Source: Azolla caroliniana (taxonomy: Eukaryota > Plantae > Polypodiophyta). From it: a stretch of 64,000 bases of DNA. Positions within the stretch are counted from its first letter, which is position 1; every line of letters begins with the position of its first letter. Made by a program: the position numbers and the translations under genes. Of this stretch, positions 1-13,188 are shown in pieces. Under the pieces are notes generated by a model that saw only the letters and a list, made by a program, of their open reading frames with translations, made no database searches and had not been told where the DNA came from. The stretch spans positions 10,416,001 to 10,480,000 of the forward strand of contig JBHGNT010000010.1 of NCBI GenBank assembly GCA_043228905.1, given 5' to 3'.

Positions 1-319
1 GGCTCTGAAGGCGATGATCGAGGAAGAGGAGGAGATAACTGGCATGTGGTCGGATTCCGGGGATCCGGAGCTAGTCGGCCTTCTAGACGAGGCGGACATG
101 GCCCATGTGGAGGCCGAAGGATGGTACAATGGTACCATGGGAGAGGGTGCGGAGCACGACACCCTCTCGACTTGCGGAGAAAGACCGACCAAGGATAAGG
201 TTAGATTTGGGGAGATAACGATCGTGGGTTCGGAAAGAGACCGTTGCCCGAAACTCCGGACATTGGAGAAGCAAGCCTAGGTGGGGGTTGCGAGATCAAA
301 GATGGATGCGGAGAAGAGC

Positions 320-2327
320 CCTCCACACTGATTCCAGAGACTTCGGCAGTCGAGCCCGGGTGTCGATGTGAGACCGGAGAGATGGAAGGCGGCAAGGAGG
401 AGGTCAAGGACAGAGCCGCGGTGGAGTGAAATATAGAAACGAGAGGCGGCGCCGAGGGGAGTGGAGTCAGAAGTCGGCCCGACTGGGAGCCGATTCGGTC
501 GGCATTCCGATTTGGATAGGGCACGATCCGGGCATGTATCGTTTGTCCGAAACCGGGCCAAAATGCGGAGAACAACGGAGGCCAAGTGGGCTAAGCGGGT
601 GAAGAAGGTGTTCCTCGGAGCGAAGTAACGTTACTGAAGGATGCGGAGGACACCAAACCGGAGGGGACCGACTCGGGAGTCGGGAAAAATGTGTGCTAAC
701 CCAAAGAAATACACAACAAAGAGCGGAACGAGAAGCGTGCAATATGGCAATGTAAGGGCTGAGTAGCGAGCACGGAGGGGATCGACGACGACGGGGAGAA
801 ACGGTAGAGGTGGTTAACTGAAGTATGGGTCCTCCACACTCGTTCCTGAGTCTTAGGTGGTTGCATCTGAGAACCAACGGAAGACCTAAGAGACGGAAAG
901 TGGCGGCGAGGACGCGGAGGTCATGGCCAATGCAAGTGGCGAAAGCGGAGGACGGAGCGTGGGGCAGAATGGTGGTCCTATGGCTCACCTCACACTAGGA
1001 TAGAGACTTCGGCGGTCGGCATCGGGAGCCGATGTCAGACCAAGATAGAAGCGCGGATTGGGCGATCCTACGACGATCCTCACACCGATCCTGAGACTTC
1101 GGCAGTCGGCCCGAGAGCTGGCGTGAGACCTAGAGAGATGGACGGTGGCAGCAGGTGAAAGAGATCCCAAGATACGGGGTAGAAGAGTGCGGATAGGGCG
1201 ATCCTACGACGATCCTCACACTGATCCGGAGACTTCGGTAGTCGGCCCGAGAACCGGCGTGAGACCTAGAGAGATGGACGGTGGTGGTAGGTGAACGGGA
1301 TCCGAGAAAAGGGATTGAACTAGTGGAAAGAGGTATAAGGCGGGTGACGTGGCCACAAACCGGAAGCGGACCCGAATGGCAGGGTCAGAAGGACGAAGAA
1401 CAGACGCACTTGGTGCACGAGTTGGTGACTTGGACGGAGAAGGCCCGCGAGGGATCCTCCACATCAGTTCCGGAGACCCCGACAGTTCAGACGACGTGGC
1501 AACATGAGACCGAGGGAGATGGACGGTGGTGGCGAGGGGACGAGGGTGGCAGCAACGGAGGCACCGAGTGACCAAGGCGTCGAAGGACTACGGAGCCCAG
1601 GTGAGCCGAAATGGACAAGGGTGATCCAGCATGGGTAGCAATGCGGAAAGCTACCAAGGACACCAAAGTGGAGAGTGCTGTGCCAAGCCGGAAAGGGCAC
1701 ACCCGGAAGCGGAACGAAAGATGTGCGCATGGCCATTGAGGGCCGAGGTAAAGGCATGGGTATGGGTCGGTGTTCAACACGGGCGGTGCCGAACAAGTAA
1801 GGATCGAGACGACACACGAAGGTGCTGAAACAAAAATTGGGCGCGGAATAGACTGCTCGGGCCGATGACCGGAAACAACATAAAAGGCCGGAGAAGGATC
1901 CTCCACACCCGCTTCGGAGATCTCGGCGGCTTAGTCGGAGTGGCAAACCAAGCCCGAGATAACGAGCTGGTGGGGGCGAGGGGACGACAGTGAGCAGAAG
2001 GCGTCGAATCGGTTGCAGAAGCGTGGAACAATGGGGGCCAAGTGGGTGGTGCACGATTTGGCTGGGCAAGGTTCAACGAAGCGTGCGTGAAGGGAGACCG
2101 GGGTTCGGCACAAGCGATGTCTGGCGATGGAGGACGGTGGACAGAGCCTCTTGCAAGGCGAAGTCGGGGTTACACGGCACACGGAGGTGTCGGGAGGAGA
2201 GTACAACACGAAGATGGATTGCACGGGTCGGTAGCCTCAAGGGAAGAAGGCCAGAGAAGGATCCTCCACAACGGTTCTGAAGACCTCAATAGTTCGGCCA
2301 ACGTGGCAATGTGAGACTGAGGAGAAG
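320..2327 (+). repeat. Degenerate repeat array in element Y (unit cctcacactgatccNgagacttcggcagtcg...gtgagaccNagagagatgga)
   Basis: Copies near 320, 989, 1078, 1215, 1456, 1900 and 2262; the last continues at 39710 after the insertion. Confidence 0.75.
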
Positions 2328-2611
2328 TGTGAAATGTTAAGTGTGGAAGCTATACGATACACAGAATACCGACAGAGAAAAATAGGTTTAATGGAGAGCT
2401 TAAGACACAATCTACGCGGGAGAGATAGAGAGGGAAAAATAGACAGAAAAACAGAATTCGAATAATGTGTAAAACTCTGTACATAGGATGTGCTCAGAGA
2501 GCACTTTTATACAAGTCCATATGGACTGATAGAAGTACTGACACGTACTTCAATGCTCATAACTGAGCTCCTACACTAACTCCCAAATGTATTCCCTCGC
2601 GGAATATCTTC

Positions 2612-4363
2612 TCGCCCTTGTTGGCTTCATCTCCCCCATGCTTGGCTGGCTCCGACTCTTTCTTTCAGTTGCTGCCCTCTCGTCCACTTCCGGACTCATC
2701 CGCAGATCCGCCTTCGGTTACTTCAGCCGACACTAAATCGAATTCGTCATCCGATTTAGTGTCGTGGTCACTTTCGCTCCTTTCGTGCTCCTTTCCGTGG
2801 TCTTGGGGGACTTTTCTCCCCCTCAAGTTCGGCACGTCGAGGTGCCACAACCCAAGCGCACCCGAGAATTACCGCAACTTGCCTAGACCAATGGGCTTGG
2901 TGAATATGTTGGCGTTCTGCCGATCCGTCGGAACATACTGAAGTTCGATTTCACCTCAGAGGACATGCTCGCAGACAAAGTGGTAATGCACCTCAATGTG
3001 CTTAGTCCTGCCGTGAAAGACGAGGTTCTTTGCAAGTTGGATGTTGTTGAGGTTGTCGCAGTAGATCGTCGTCAGACCAAACACCTCCACGTACAGATCC
3101 TTAAGTAGCCACTTCAGCCATATGGCTTCGTACGTTGCGATAGCCGCTCCTTGATACTCGGTCTTTGTGCTTGGTAGTGCAACTGTCGGTTTCTTCTTGC
3201 TACTCCATGCGATCGTGACGCTCCCAAGGGAGAACGCGAATCCGGATGTGGATCCGCGATCGCCGGTGTTTCCGGCCTAGTCGGCATCTGTATAGCCAAC
3301 TAGCTGCGCGATAGTACCGGTTCGACATAGTAGTCTCCGGTCCTTAGTTCCACTGACGTACCTGAGTACACGTTGTGCGCACTGAAGGTGCTCCTCAATT
3401 GGCCGCGCCATGAACAGACTAATCAAGCTGACTGGGTAACTGAGGTCTGGCCGGGTGATAGTCAAGTGTATCCGGCTTCTGACAATCTGTCGGAACCTTT
3501 TCGGTTCGCACACCTTTCCGGAGTCGGGGCGAAGCTTCACGGTTCTGTTCAGAGGAGTTGAGACAGACTTACAGTATGCCATCCCTAACTTGAAGAGCAA
3601 ACTCAACATGTAATGCCATTGGCTGATCAGTATGCCTTCGAGGGTTCGGATCACTTCAATCCCGAGAAAGTAATGAAGGTCCCACAGGTTCTTCATATCA
3701 AATGATGTTGCAAGCGGGAGCTTTACGCGGTCAATTTCATCTAGGTCAACGCTGGCGATGACCAAGTCATCAACATAAAGTAAAATACTAACCGGCCCAA
3801 GTCGACCTTGCCGGACGAACAATGAAGAGTCCGATTTGGATGTCGCAAATCCCATCCGACGCAATCGTTGCGTGATCTTCGTGTTCCAGGCATGCGGGGC
3901 TTGCTTTAGTCCGTAAAGGGACTTCTTCAACCGGCATACCACCGAAGTGTTCATTCCGGAGTGAAATCTGGGGGGTTGTACCATGTACACTTGTTCCTCA
4001 AGCTCGCCTTGCAGGAACTCATTCTTTACATCCATCTGATGTAAGTGCCACCCCTTCGCCACAACTACCGCAAGCAAAATATGGACGGTTGTCATCTTCG
4101 CGACCGGCGCAAACGTCTCATCATAATCGATGTCGTGTTGCTGCGCGTAGCCTTTTGCTACTAACCGGGCCTTGTATCGGTTGATCGAGCCGTCAGTGTT
4201 GTACTTGACCTTGTACACCAACCCGCATCCAATTGTCTTTACACCCTTTGGGGTGTCAACCAGGTCCCAGGTCTCATTCTCCGCAAGTGCGTTCATCTCT
4301 TTCTCCATGGAAGCACGCCAATTTGCGTCCTTTGCCGCTTCTGCGTAGCTCTCCGTCTCATGC
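2612..4363 (-). pseudogene. Copia B reverse transcriptase, RNase H and part of the C-terminal extension
   Basis: YKARLVAKGY, QMDVKN, LKKSLYGLKQAP, LLYVDDL, GYTDAD; KHIEVHYHF near 2980-3005; contains stops. Confidence 0.93.
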
Positions 4364-4915
4364 TGTCGCGGTATTCCGCGAGTATGTGTAGGATCCAAGG
4401 CGGAACCGCGGGGGTCTTGGACTAGGGAGTAGGGGGGAAATGGAAGCTTGGCGAAGAGAGAGGGAAGAATAACACATAAACATAGAATGGATGGAGGCAA
4501 GATACACCAACAAGACGAGAAACATCAACATGCTATATTAAGAGTCCACAAAAATGATTACAACCAAGGCCACATAGGCCACACCAAATGTCGGCAAGAA
4601 AACCCTAATCGGATAAGTAAAGTAAAAAGCATAGAAACCCTAAAAGAAATCTAAGAAGAAAACCCTAGAAGAAACCCTAAAACCGAATAGAACCCCTCGA
4701 CCTAAGTGGTATACCTCTCTCACTCACAATAGGCAACCCTTTCACAAGTGACCCCTCCCTTATATAGTCCAAGGAGGGAAGGGCCTTACAATGTGGGATA
4801 AATTTCCCCTCTTTATTCTATACACCATTTTACATTGTAAATGTGCACATGTTGCAGACCACCGACTTGCCCATTCCATCTCGGTTTCACACCGTAGTCG
4901 AAAATCTTCACGACA
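4364..4915 (-). repeat. 3' LTR of element X (552 bp)
   Basis: TGTCG...CGACA ends; near-identical to the split copy at 25434-25855/37193-37325. Confidence 0.92.
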
Positions 4916-5183
4916 TCCACCCCCACCAAACCGCACATCCACCGGTATGTGCCAAGAGGAGAAGGGCAAGAGATTTCGGCTACGATGATCAACCGGGTCC
5001 TCCGCCGTCCCGACACCCGACTGCCTTGCCGGCTCCTACTGACCCCAATTCATCAGATCCATCTGGCCCACCATGTCCACCACGTGTCCCCAAACCACTG
5101 ACTCCATCCGATCCACCATATCTAACATTCATGCCTTCCTCCTGGATCGGTCCTTCCGAACGCCCTTGCCGACCCGATCTCTC

Positions 5184-5679
5184 TGAAAGTTAAATCGTTG
5201 CCGGCCACAACCGGTTTCTCGTGTGTAGAATAATAGTCAATCTAATGGAAAGGAAAAACAGAATACAGAAGTTGAGAATGACACAGATTTTAACGTGGAA
5301 ACCCGAACTGGGAAAAACCACGTGGAGTCCACAAACTCCGAAACAGAACACTATGAGAGAAAGGAATACAATCAAAGATCTCAGAGGCAATGACCTTGAG
5401 ATCCTGCTTTGCCAATAGGTGGCTATGGAGCTCACACGCTTCCACTCACACTCGTTCACTCTCACAGTTACAGAGGCAACAACCTCGTCAACAGTAACTT
5501 TACAATAACGCACACACTTAACATGATTAGCCTAAGTGCTTATATACTAATGTAACCTTTCGACTATTTACAAGTTTAGCCTTCCGGGTTGGCTATCTCC
5601 ACGATTTCTGGTTTCGGCCGAGTTGCTCATCAACACGGTTCTTCTCAACTTCCTATCCAGAGGGACCTGTTTCCTAACA
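5184..5679 (-). repeat. 3' LTR of copia A
   Basis: TG...CA; matches 16786-17286. Confidence 0.93.
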
Positions 5680-5689
5680 AACTCCCCCT

Positions 5690-8600
5690 TCACTCCGGCA
5701 TGGAATGTCTTACTAGTCCGATCCGCTTCCGACATGCATCCAGCTTGTCGGGTATCATTACTTTGGTCAACATATATGACCCATTCTCGGCCGTGTGGAT
5801 CTTCGTCAGCGCGAACTCTCGATCTTCTACTCGCTCCCGGATCTAGTGATACCTATGCTCGATGTGCTTCGTCCTGAAATGGTACGCTGCGTTCTTAGCA
5901 AGGTGGATGGCACTTTGATTGTCGCAATAGAGCCGGTATTCATCTTGCCGGATACCGAGCTCTCCGATGAATTCCTTCATCCATAATATTTCCTTGCCGG
6001 CTTCAACAACCGCCATGTACTCCGCCACCGTGGTTGACAACGCAATCGTCTTCTGCAGCCTCGATTGCCACGAAACAACTCCACTTGCATATGTCATTAC
6101 ATACCTGGATGTAGACCGGCTGGTATCCACATCAGCCGACATATCCGAATTGGTAAAGCCGTCAAGTTGAGGTTTACCGGAGCCGAATCGGAGACACATA
6201 TTCGAAGTGCCCTTCAAGTACCGGAGTATCCATTTGACCGCGTTCGAGAGCTCCTTGCCGGGATTGCTCATAAACCGGCTCACCACTCCGACTGCGTATC
6301 CAATATCCGGTCGAGTACACACCATTGCGTACATTAAGCTCCCGACGGCAGAAGCATATGAAACCTTCATCATGCCTTCTCTGCTTTCGTCTTCGGGCTT
6401 TGCTTACTGGATAATCTGTAGTTTGTCGGGAGTGTCAATCCGACCGGCTTCGCTTCTAACATGTTGAACCGCTGAAGCACCTTTGTCACGTATTTCTCCT
6501 GTGACAGCCACAATTGCTTCTTTGACCGGTCTCGGATGATGTGCATCCCCAGTATCTGTCTTGTTGGGCCCAAGTCTTTCATTGAGAAAGTTCGGTTGAG
6601 AGCCTTCTTCAGCATCCGTATTTTGGGTTGGTCCCGTCTGACGATCAACATGTCGTCCACGTACAGAAGGAGTATCAGGAAGTCGCCTCCTTCGAACTTC
6701 TTCACAAACACGCAGTGATCGGTTTACGTTTTGTGATACCCTTGGTCGGTCATGAAGGAGTCGAACTTCCGGTACCATTGTCGGGGAGCTTGGTTCAGTC
6801 CATACAGGCTCTTCTTCAACCGGCAAACTAGGTGCTCCTTCCCTTTCTCCACGAATCCTTCCGGTTGCTGCATGTAGATCTCCTCTTCGAGGTCACCGTG
6901 AAGGAATGTCGTCTTCACGTCCAACTGCTCTACCTTGAGGTCCATGCTTGCCGCTATACTCAGCACCGTCCGGATGGAAGTCATCTTTACTACCGGGCCA
7001 AATATCTCGTCGAAGTCCAAGCCCTTCTTCTACTGGAACCCCTTCACCACAATCCTGGCTTTGTATCTCGGGGGGTTGCCTGCATGTCCCGGTTTCAACT
7101 TGTACACCCACTTGTTTCGGAGTGCCCGCTTTCCTTTCGGCAACTCCACCAATTTGTACGTATGGTTCTCATGCAGGGAATCCATCTCATCCTGCATGGC
7201 ACTTAACCATTTGCGACTATGGGTGTCACTTTTAGCTTCCTCGAAGCTTTCTGGCTCCCCCTCATAGGTTAGCAACACGTGCTCTAGATCCGGAAATCTC
7301 CGGGGGGCCCTTCTCTCTCTGAGAGGATATTTGCGTCCTTGGGCTTCGGTAACCGGCTCCTCCATTTGCTCTTCATCCGAATCCGATTCGGGGTCTTGTC
7401 CGGTTTCAGTTTCACCTATTCCTTCTTCTTCTTCAGCCGGTTTTGTTTCCTCACCGTCACCGGCCGGTTCATCGAGTGCTAACCGGCTTCTTGCCGGTTG
7501 GAACTGCATTTCATCAAATCGAAATCTTTCCTTACCGGTCAACTCAGAGTTCATTATCTTCTTCTCCGACTCCCAGTCGGCGAGCCTCTTGTCCTCCATG
7601 AAGATAATATCCCGACTCTGGAATACTTTCTGGTCGACCGTGTCCCACACTCGGTAGCCGAACTCATCGTCGCCCTAACCGAGGAATATGCATGGCCGGG
7701 TCTTCGGATCTAACTTTCCTCTCCGGTCCTTAGCTACATGCACGTACACAAGACACGCAAATACCTTTAGATGCCGGTAGGACACTTCCTTACCAGGTCC
7801 AGAATCTCTGCGGCGTGTCCCCGTCCAAGGGTACTGAGGGTGATCTGTTTATCACATATGTCGCCGTCAACAGTGCCTCAACCCAAAATGTCTTGGGTAA
7901 TTGTGCATGCGCCAACATACTCCGGACCCTCTCTATTATGGTCCGGTTCATCCTCTCGGCCAACCCGTTTAGTTCCGGCGTCTTCGGCACAGTAAATTCG
8001 AGCCGGATTCCCTTCGAGCGACAATACTCCTCGAACTGCCCCCGGTATTCTCATCCATTATCTGGTCGAACTGCCTTCAGCTTTCGGCCGGTTTCTCTTT
8101 CCACTCTCGTGTGGAGCTCTTTGAAGACGGATAGCACCTGATCCTTCGTCTTCAATGGTGTGGCCCACAACTTCTGGTTGTAGTCATCTATGAACGTCAT
8201 GAAGTACTACGATCCGGCATGTGACTTCGTGTCCACTTGACACACATCAATATGCACCAACTCTAGTGGTGCATTACGTCTCATCGGTGGCCTTGAGCGG
8301 AAGGAGGTCCGGTTTTGCTTACCGGCCAGGCAGTCGGTGCACCTCTCAAGATGCACGTTCTTCACTGGAATGAGGTTGTCATCGGCAAGCCTCTTTATCC
8401 CCTTCTCGCTCATGTGACACAGTCTCTTATGCCGCAACTCACTGGCAGTGTCGGATGCCACATTCACTTCTTCTGAACATAGCCGTGCATTCAACAGGTA
8501 TAGGGTGTTGACTTTCCGGGCCCGAGCAAATATCAAGCTCCCTTTGCTGAACTTCATGACACCGTTCTGGATGCTACCCGTGTAGCCTTCATCATCCAGC

Positions 8601-9000
8601 CGACCGGCTGATATCAGGTTCAGTCGAACCTCCGGAACGTGTCAGACATCATTCAACAACATCTTGCATCCAGTTGATGTCGTCAACCACACATCTCCTA
8701 TGCCAACAATTCGGCATGTACCTTCATTCCCCATTCGAATACGACCGTGGTCACCGGCCGAGTAGGATGAGAAGCATTTTCTATCCGGAGTCAGGTGGAA
8801 TGACGCTTCAGAATCGACCACCCATGTCATCTCATCGCTGGCAAGGTTCAGTTCACTCTCCTCAGTGATGAGCATTAGCTCCTCTTCACTTGCCGAGATT
8901 GCCGTCGTTCCTTTTCGGTCTTGTGCTCGCCGATCCGAACCGTTTCGGTCCGTGGCTGCCCAGTAAGCACTGTTTCGTTCTGGTGACTTCTTCGAGTCGG
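5690..9000 (-). pseudogene. Copia A protease-integrase-RT-RNase H, fragmented
   Basis: WVVDSEASFH, HKRLCHMSEKG..C..C, TPELNGLAERMNRT, LLLYVDDMLI, YASAVGSLMYAM, CDNQSAI; several stops and frameshifts. Confidence 0.93.
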
Positions 9001-9641
9001 TGTCGAGGTATTCCTCGCGGATGCGTGGAGTGAGGCGGGACCTCGGGGGTCCTATACCGAAGAGCAAGAGAGAAAGAGAAGAGACCCACTATGTGCGAGC
9101 GTAGATTCACAGGGACACGGCCCTTCGACGCAAAGACGCGAGTGGGACAGCGACACAGAAAGACACGAAAGTATGTATGTATTGACAAGACAAACAACAA
9201 GAACACGAAGACAACAAAACACGAAGTCGGTTACAACCGAACAGGCCGACGAACAGATGCCGATACCTGCTCGTAAACGCACAGAGGGGAAAGAGTAGGT
9301 TGGAGGTGCTGCCGGAAGCACTCGGGCATTCCTTAGAGCAGCGCGAGCCTCCCGAAACCTGCATAGAAGGAAGCTATGGCGTTTGCAACCAGAAAGAGAG
9401 AGAGAGAGAAGCCTTCGCACGCAAACCGACAGCACTTCGTCCTCGACTCTCCGCGATGCTTTTCTCCTCCTCGTCTCCCTCCTTTTATAGGCAAGGAAGG
9501 AGCCGTTTCCCCTTTACTTCCTACCTACCGAATCTGCCCGCCTAGGATCTCCTATGTACAACATAAGGCGCACGTGCATGAAGAGCCGGTTCCTACACTC
9601 TGGTGCACCGATTCCGCTTGTGGACGGTTTTCTTCACAACA
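9001..9641 (-). repeat. 3' LTR of Gypsy G
   Basis: TG...CA direct repeat of 15350-15990. Confidence 0.96.
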
Positions 9642-9714
9642 TCCACCCCCACCTAACCGCGCATCCACCGGCATGCGCCAAATCGAGTTGGGACGGAGAA
9701 AACCGGTCCAGCCT

Positions 9715-12700
9715 TTATTCCCCACTCGTCGGTTCTTCTTCGGTTTTGGATCGTCCGTCGTCCCGGTCCAGGTTATCCGGATCCGGCTCGTCGTCGTGAC
9801 GCTTCTTGAACGTTTTGATCCGCTTCCCAGCTACCGGTACCGCCATTCTCGAGCCGTCGAGTTCCGCCATATGGTACGTCCCGTTGTCATTGGCGCTTTG
9901 TACCACGTAAGGCCCGAACCACCTTCTTGCAAACTTCCGTGTCGCTCGGTGCTGGTTGTCAAGGCTGCTGTCATAGACTAGCACCCAGTCGCCTTCCTCG
10001 ATCTTCTTCGGTCGGAGCCGGTGCGTCCGGTCGAACCGGGCTTTGTTCCTCGTCCTAGCCACCCGAAGCTTTTCCGCAGCCTGCTCCACGTCCTCCGGTC
10101 TCCGCTCGAGCTGTTGTATGCGCGCCGTCAACAGTTCCTCCCGGCTCATCTCGTCTCTCCAGTCCACGGTTGCCCATGAGGAGACCGTACGTTCGATCGG
10201 CATGATCGGCTTCTGCCCAAACATGAGCTCTGCCGGCATGAATCCGGTTACCGAACTGTGTGTAGTCCGGTCAGCCCACAACGCGTAAGGCAGTAGCCGC
10301 GGCCAGTTCCCGACTTGACCTCCGCATGCCCGAACTAACGCCTTGACGATCGGTCCGTGTCCGCGCTCCACCTTCCCATTTGCCTCCGGATTGTACGCAG
10401 TGGCAAGCGAGAGCTTGACCCCTAACCGGTCGAACAGCTCCTCGGCCTCTTCGGCGTCCAACTCCCCGCGATCAGCCACGATCTTCCCGACGCACCCGTA
10501 CCGGCATATTACGTCCTCGAGCAGGAACCGACATACGGCTGCAGTCGTTTTGTTCTGAAGGGCCCGGCCTTCCACCTGGTTCGTCAGATCTTCCCGAGCC
10601 AGGACCAGATACCGCATCTGTCCTACTCCTATCGGCATCGTTACCAGGTCTACCATCCATTTGAAGTGGATGGTCGGAGGGTACGTAGGGTGAAGTTCGT
10701 CCCGGTGTCGGACTATGGAGTGCATCTGACAGCTCTCGCAAGTTGTCACGAATCGATGCACGTCCCGGTACAGTCCCGGCCACCAGTACTTCCCCTTTAT
10801 CTTCTCGAACGTGGCCCAGGTTCCACGGTGTCCGGCCCAAGGGCTGTCGTGGTAGGCCGTCAGCAGCTCCTCCTGTTCTTCCTTCATCGCCACCACCCGG
10901 AGCGGAGCGCCGTCCCTCTTCTTCGGGTGCTTCCATAAGTATCCGTCCCGGAGAAAGAATCGGTAAGCTTTCTTCCGGATCCGGTTGGCCTCGTCCTTCG
11001 TCCATGACGCATCCGGCGTCATTGTCCTCAAGAATCCACTGATCTGGAGCCACTCGCCATCGTACTTGCTCTCGTCGAAGTCGTTAAGTGCCGGAGTGCT
11101 CGTCCCATCGGTCGTCACGTACGCTGCCTTGAAGAAGTCCACGCCGACTTCTTCGTCCTCCGAAACCATGCCGCCCTCGTCATCAAACCTCGCCCTCGAA
11201 AGCATGTCGGCCATGGCGTTGTCCTTTCCGGAAATGTGTCGTATCTCCGGGTCCAGGGACTTGATGTACGCTATCCACCTGAGCATCGCCAGGTCCGGTG
11301 TCGCGCATCCGGAAACCATGCCGAGAATCGGCAGGCAATCCGTCTCGATAATCACTTCTGTCCCGATCAGGTAGTCTTTGTCCGCCTTTACCGCCGAAAC
11401 GATACCCCAGAGTTCGCGTTTAACCTGGGCGTACCCTCGCTGTAGCTCACTGAGGACCTTAGCGCCGAATCGGATCGGGAACCGGGTGCCGTCCTCGTCT
11501 TCTTGGTTGACGACCCATCCGATCCCGGTCGGGCTCGTATCCACCGTTATGTATACCGGGGTACCCTTCTCGTAGACAGCCTTCCGGAGCGCCGGTGCTG
11601 CCGCAAGAGCTTCCTTCAGCTTCTGGACCGACTCCGTGTGCTCGTCTTGCCACTCGAATCTTTGCCCCTTCTTCAGCAACCCGTATAGTGGCTCCGCAAC
11701 GTGGGCGTAATGCGGGATCCATATGTGGTAGAACGCGCATGCCCCCAGGAACCTCCGAACTTCCGTAACCGAGCTACAGTCGGTCTTCATCGCGGAGATG
11801 GCTTCTACCTTTGCCGGAGACGGCTTCCGGCCATATGGTCCACATAGATGCCCGACCACCAGGATTTCTGATTGCCCGAAGGCCGATTTCTCCCCGGAGA
11901 AGGTGAGCCTCGCATCCTCTAGCCTTTGTAGCACCTTCTCGCAGTCGTCGATGTGTGTTGCTATGAATCGCCGGCATCCGTCCGGCCCGAGTGTCTCGTC
12001 CTTCTCTTCCACCGGGCACCCCTTGATGGGGATGTCGTCTAGAAACGGCATGGTGATGTCCGGGATGCAATCCCTCAGTACTTTGTTCATTGCATTCACC
12101 ATGTGGGCCACCGAGTTGGTCCCTCCTTGTGGCAGGGTACACATTCGCACTAGGCCGAGGGGAGTTCACATCGTCGTAATGTCTCTGCTCTCCACAGCTA
12201 GCTGGAACTGGTCGTACCCCGAGTACAGATCACCGACCGAGTAAATCGACCTTCCGGCGAAGGCCTCCGCGAACTCGTCTATGGTCGGTCCGATTCCTGC
12301 GTTCCGGATGGTCACTCTGTTGACCGGCTGCAGGTCCTGAATGAAGCGCAATGTTCCGTTTTTCTTTGGTACGGTAAACCAACGGTTCGAGTATGGCGCG
12401 CTCGACGGTTCGAGAATACCCATATCGACTTTCTGCCTCAATAGCTCCATCAACTTCGGGATGTGAGCTCTCGGTACTGGAATCGGCTTGAGATTCCACG
12501 GTACATGCGGTACCGTGAATATCACCATCGGCTCCACGATCGTCGGGTCTATGCACCCGATCTCTTCCGGTAAGAATGCAAAGGCTTTCCTGTGCCTTCC
12601 GAGCATTCTCCGAAACCGGTCTTCCTCCGCCTGCAGTAGGAACCCGCCCCCACCGATTTTGAGCTCCCGGAGCGTTCCGTCGGTGAAGGTGTGTCCTATG

Positions 12701-13187
12701 CAGGCCGGATCTCGTAAACTGGGGTCCGACGCCACCCCTCTGATTCGGGACTCGCTGCCCTCCGGCAAGGGTGCCGCGACTGGCCTTACCTTCCGGACCA
12801 CAGTCTTGTACCTCGTGCTAACTCGGGCCGTCCGATCCGACCCGAGCCCCCGACTGAAGTTCGAGATGACTTCGTACATCTCTTCGGAACATACCGGTAT
12901 CGTCCGGTCTTCGTTAAGGTCTTCTCCGGCTACCTTCCTCAGCATTCCCAAGGTGTCATCGAAGGAGACCGCCTCCACGGCTCCGCTGATTTCCTCGTCC
13001 GGGCCGAGAACTCCGCACGCTCGAAGTCGCACTTCCGCCCTTGTCTTTTCTCGGCCGACGATGCCGACTATCATACACCCTCCATTGTCGGAGAAGCAAA
13101 ATCCCCTACCTATCGTACAGTCGTGGGGTCTTTTCCGAGTGTCCGGGCTGTCTCGGCCCCACGCCTTGGCAGCCCTCTCTAAAAATC
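9715..13187 (-). pseudogene. Gypsy G pol (RT, RNase H, integrase) with a single in-frame stop at 12166-12168
   Basis: ORFs 12166-13074 and 9715-12150 are in the same frame, separated by TGA (probably from CGA). Motifs DLYSGYDQ, LPQG, FLDD, VDTS, HHCC zinc finger, YNPEANGKVER, WFGPY. The frame stays open upstream to the slippery site. Confidence 0.93.
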
Positions 13188-13188
13188 C
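13122..13188 (-). promoter_or_regulatory. Predicted -1 ribosomal frameshift signal (G GAU UUU plus pseudoknot)
   Basis: Heptamer 13188-13182 directly before the gag stop; pol lies in the -1 frame; stems GGGCUG/CAGCCC, CGUGGGG/CCCCACG and CCGAG/CUCGG. Confidence 0.75.

Noticed and set aside
3277-4500. Novel N-terminal extensions on ORFs 3277-4500 and 8642-9067
   Set aside because: The ORFs run by chance across insertion junctions into LTR sequence at 4364 and 9001.
12151-12180. Programmed frameshift or read-through inside the G RT, and likewise at 34692 in T
   Set aside because: Flanking ORFs share a frame and the stops fit CGA>TGA decay; the T paralogue retains CGA.
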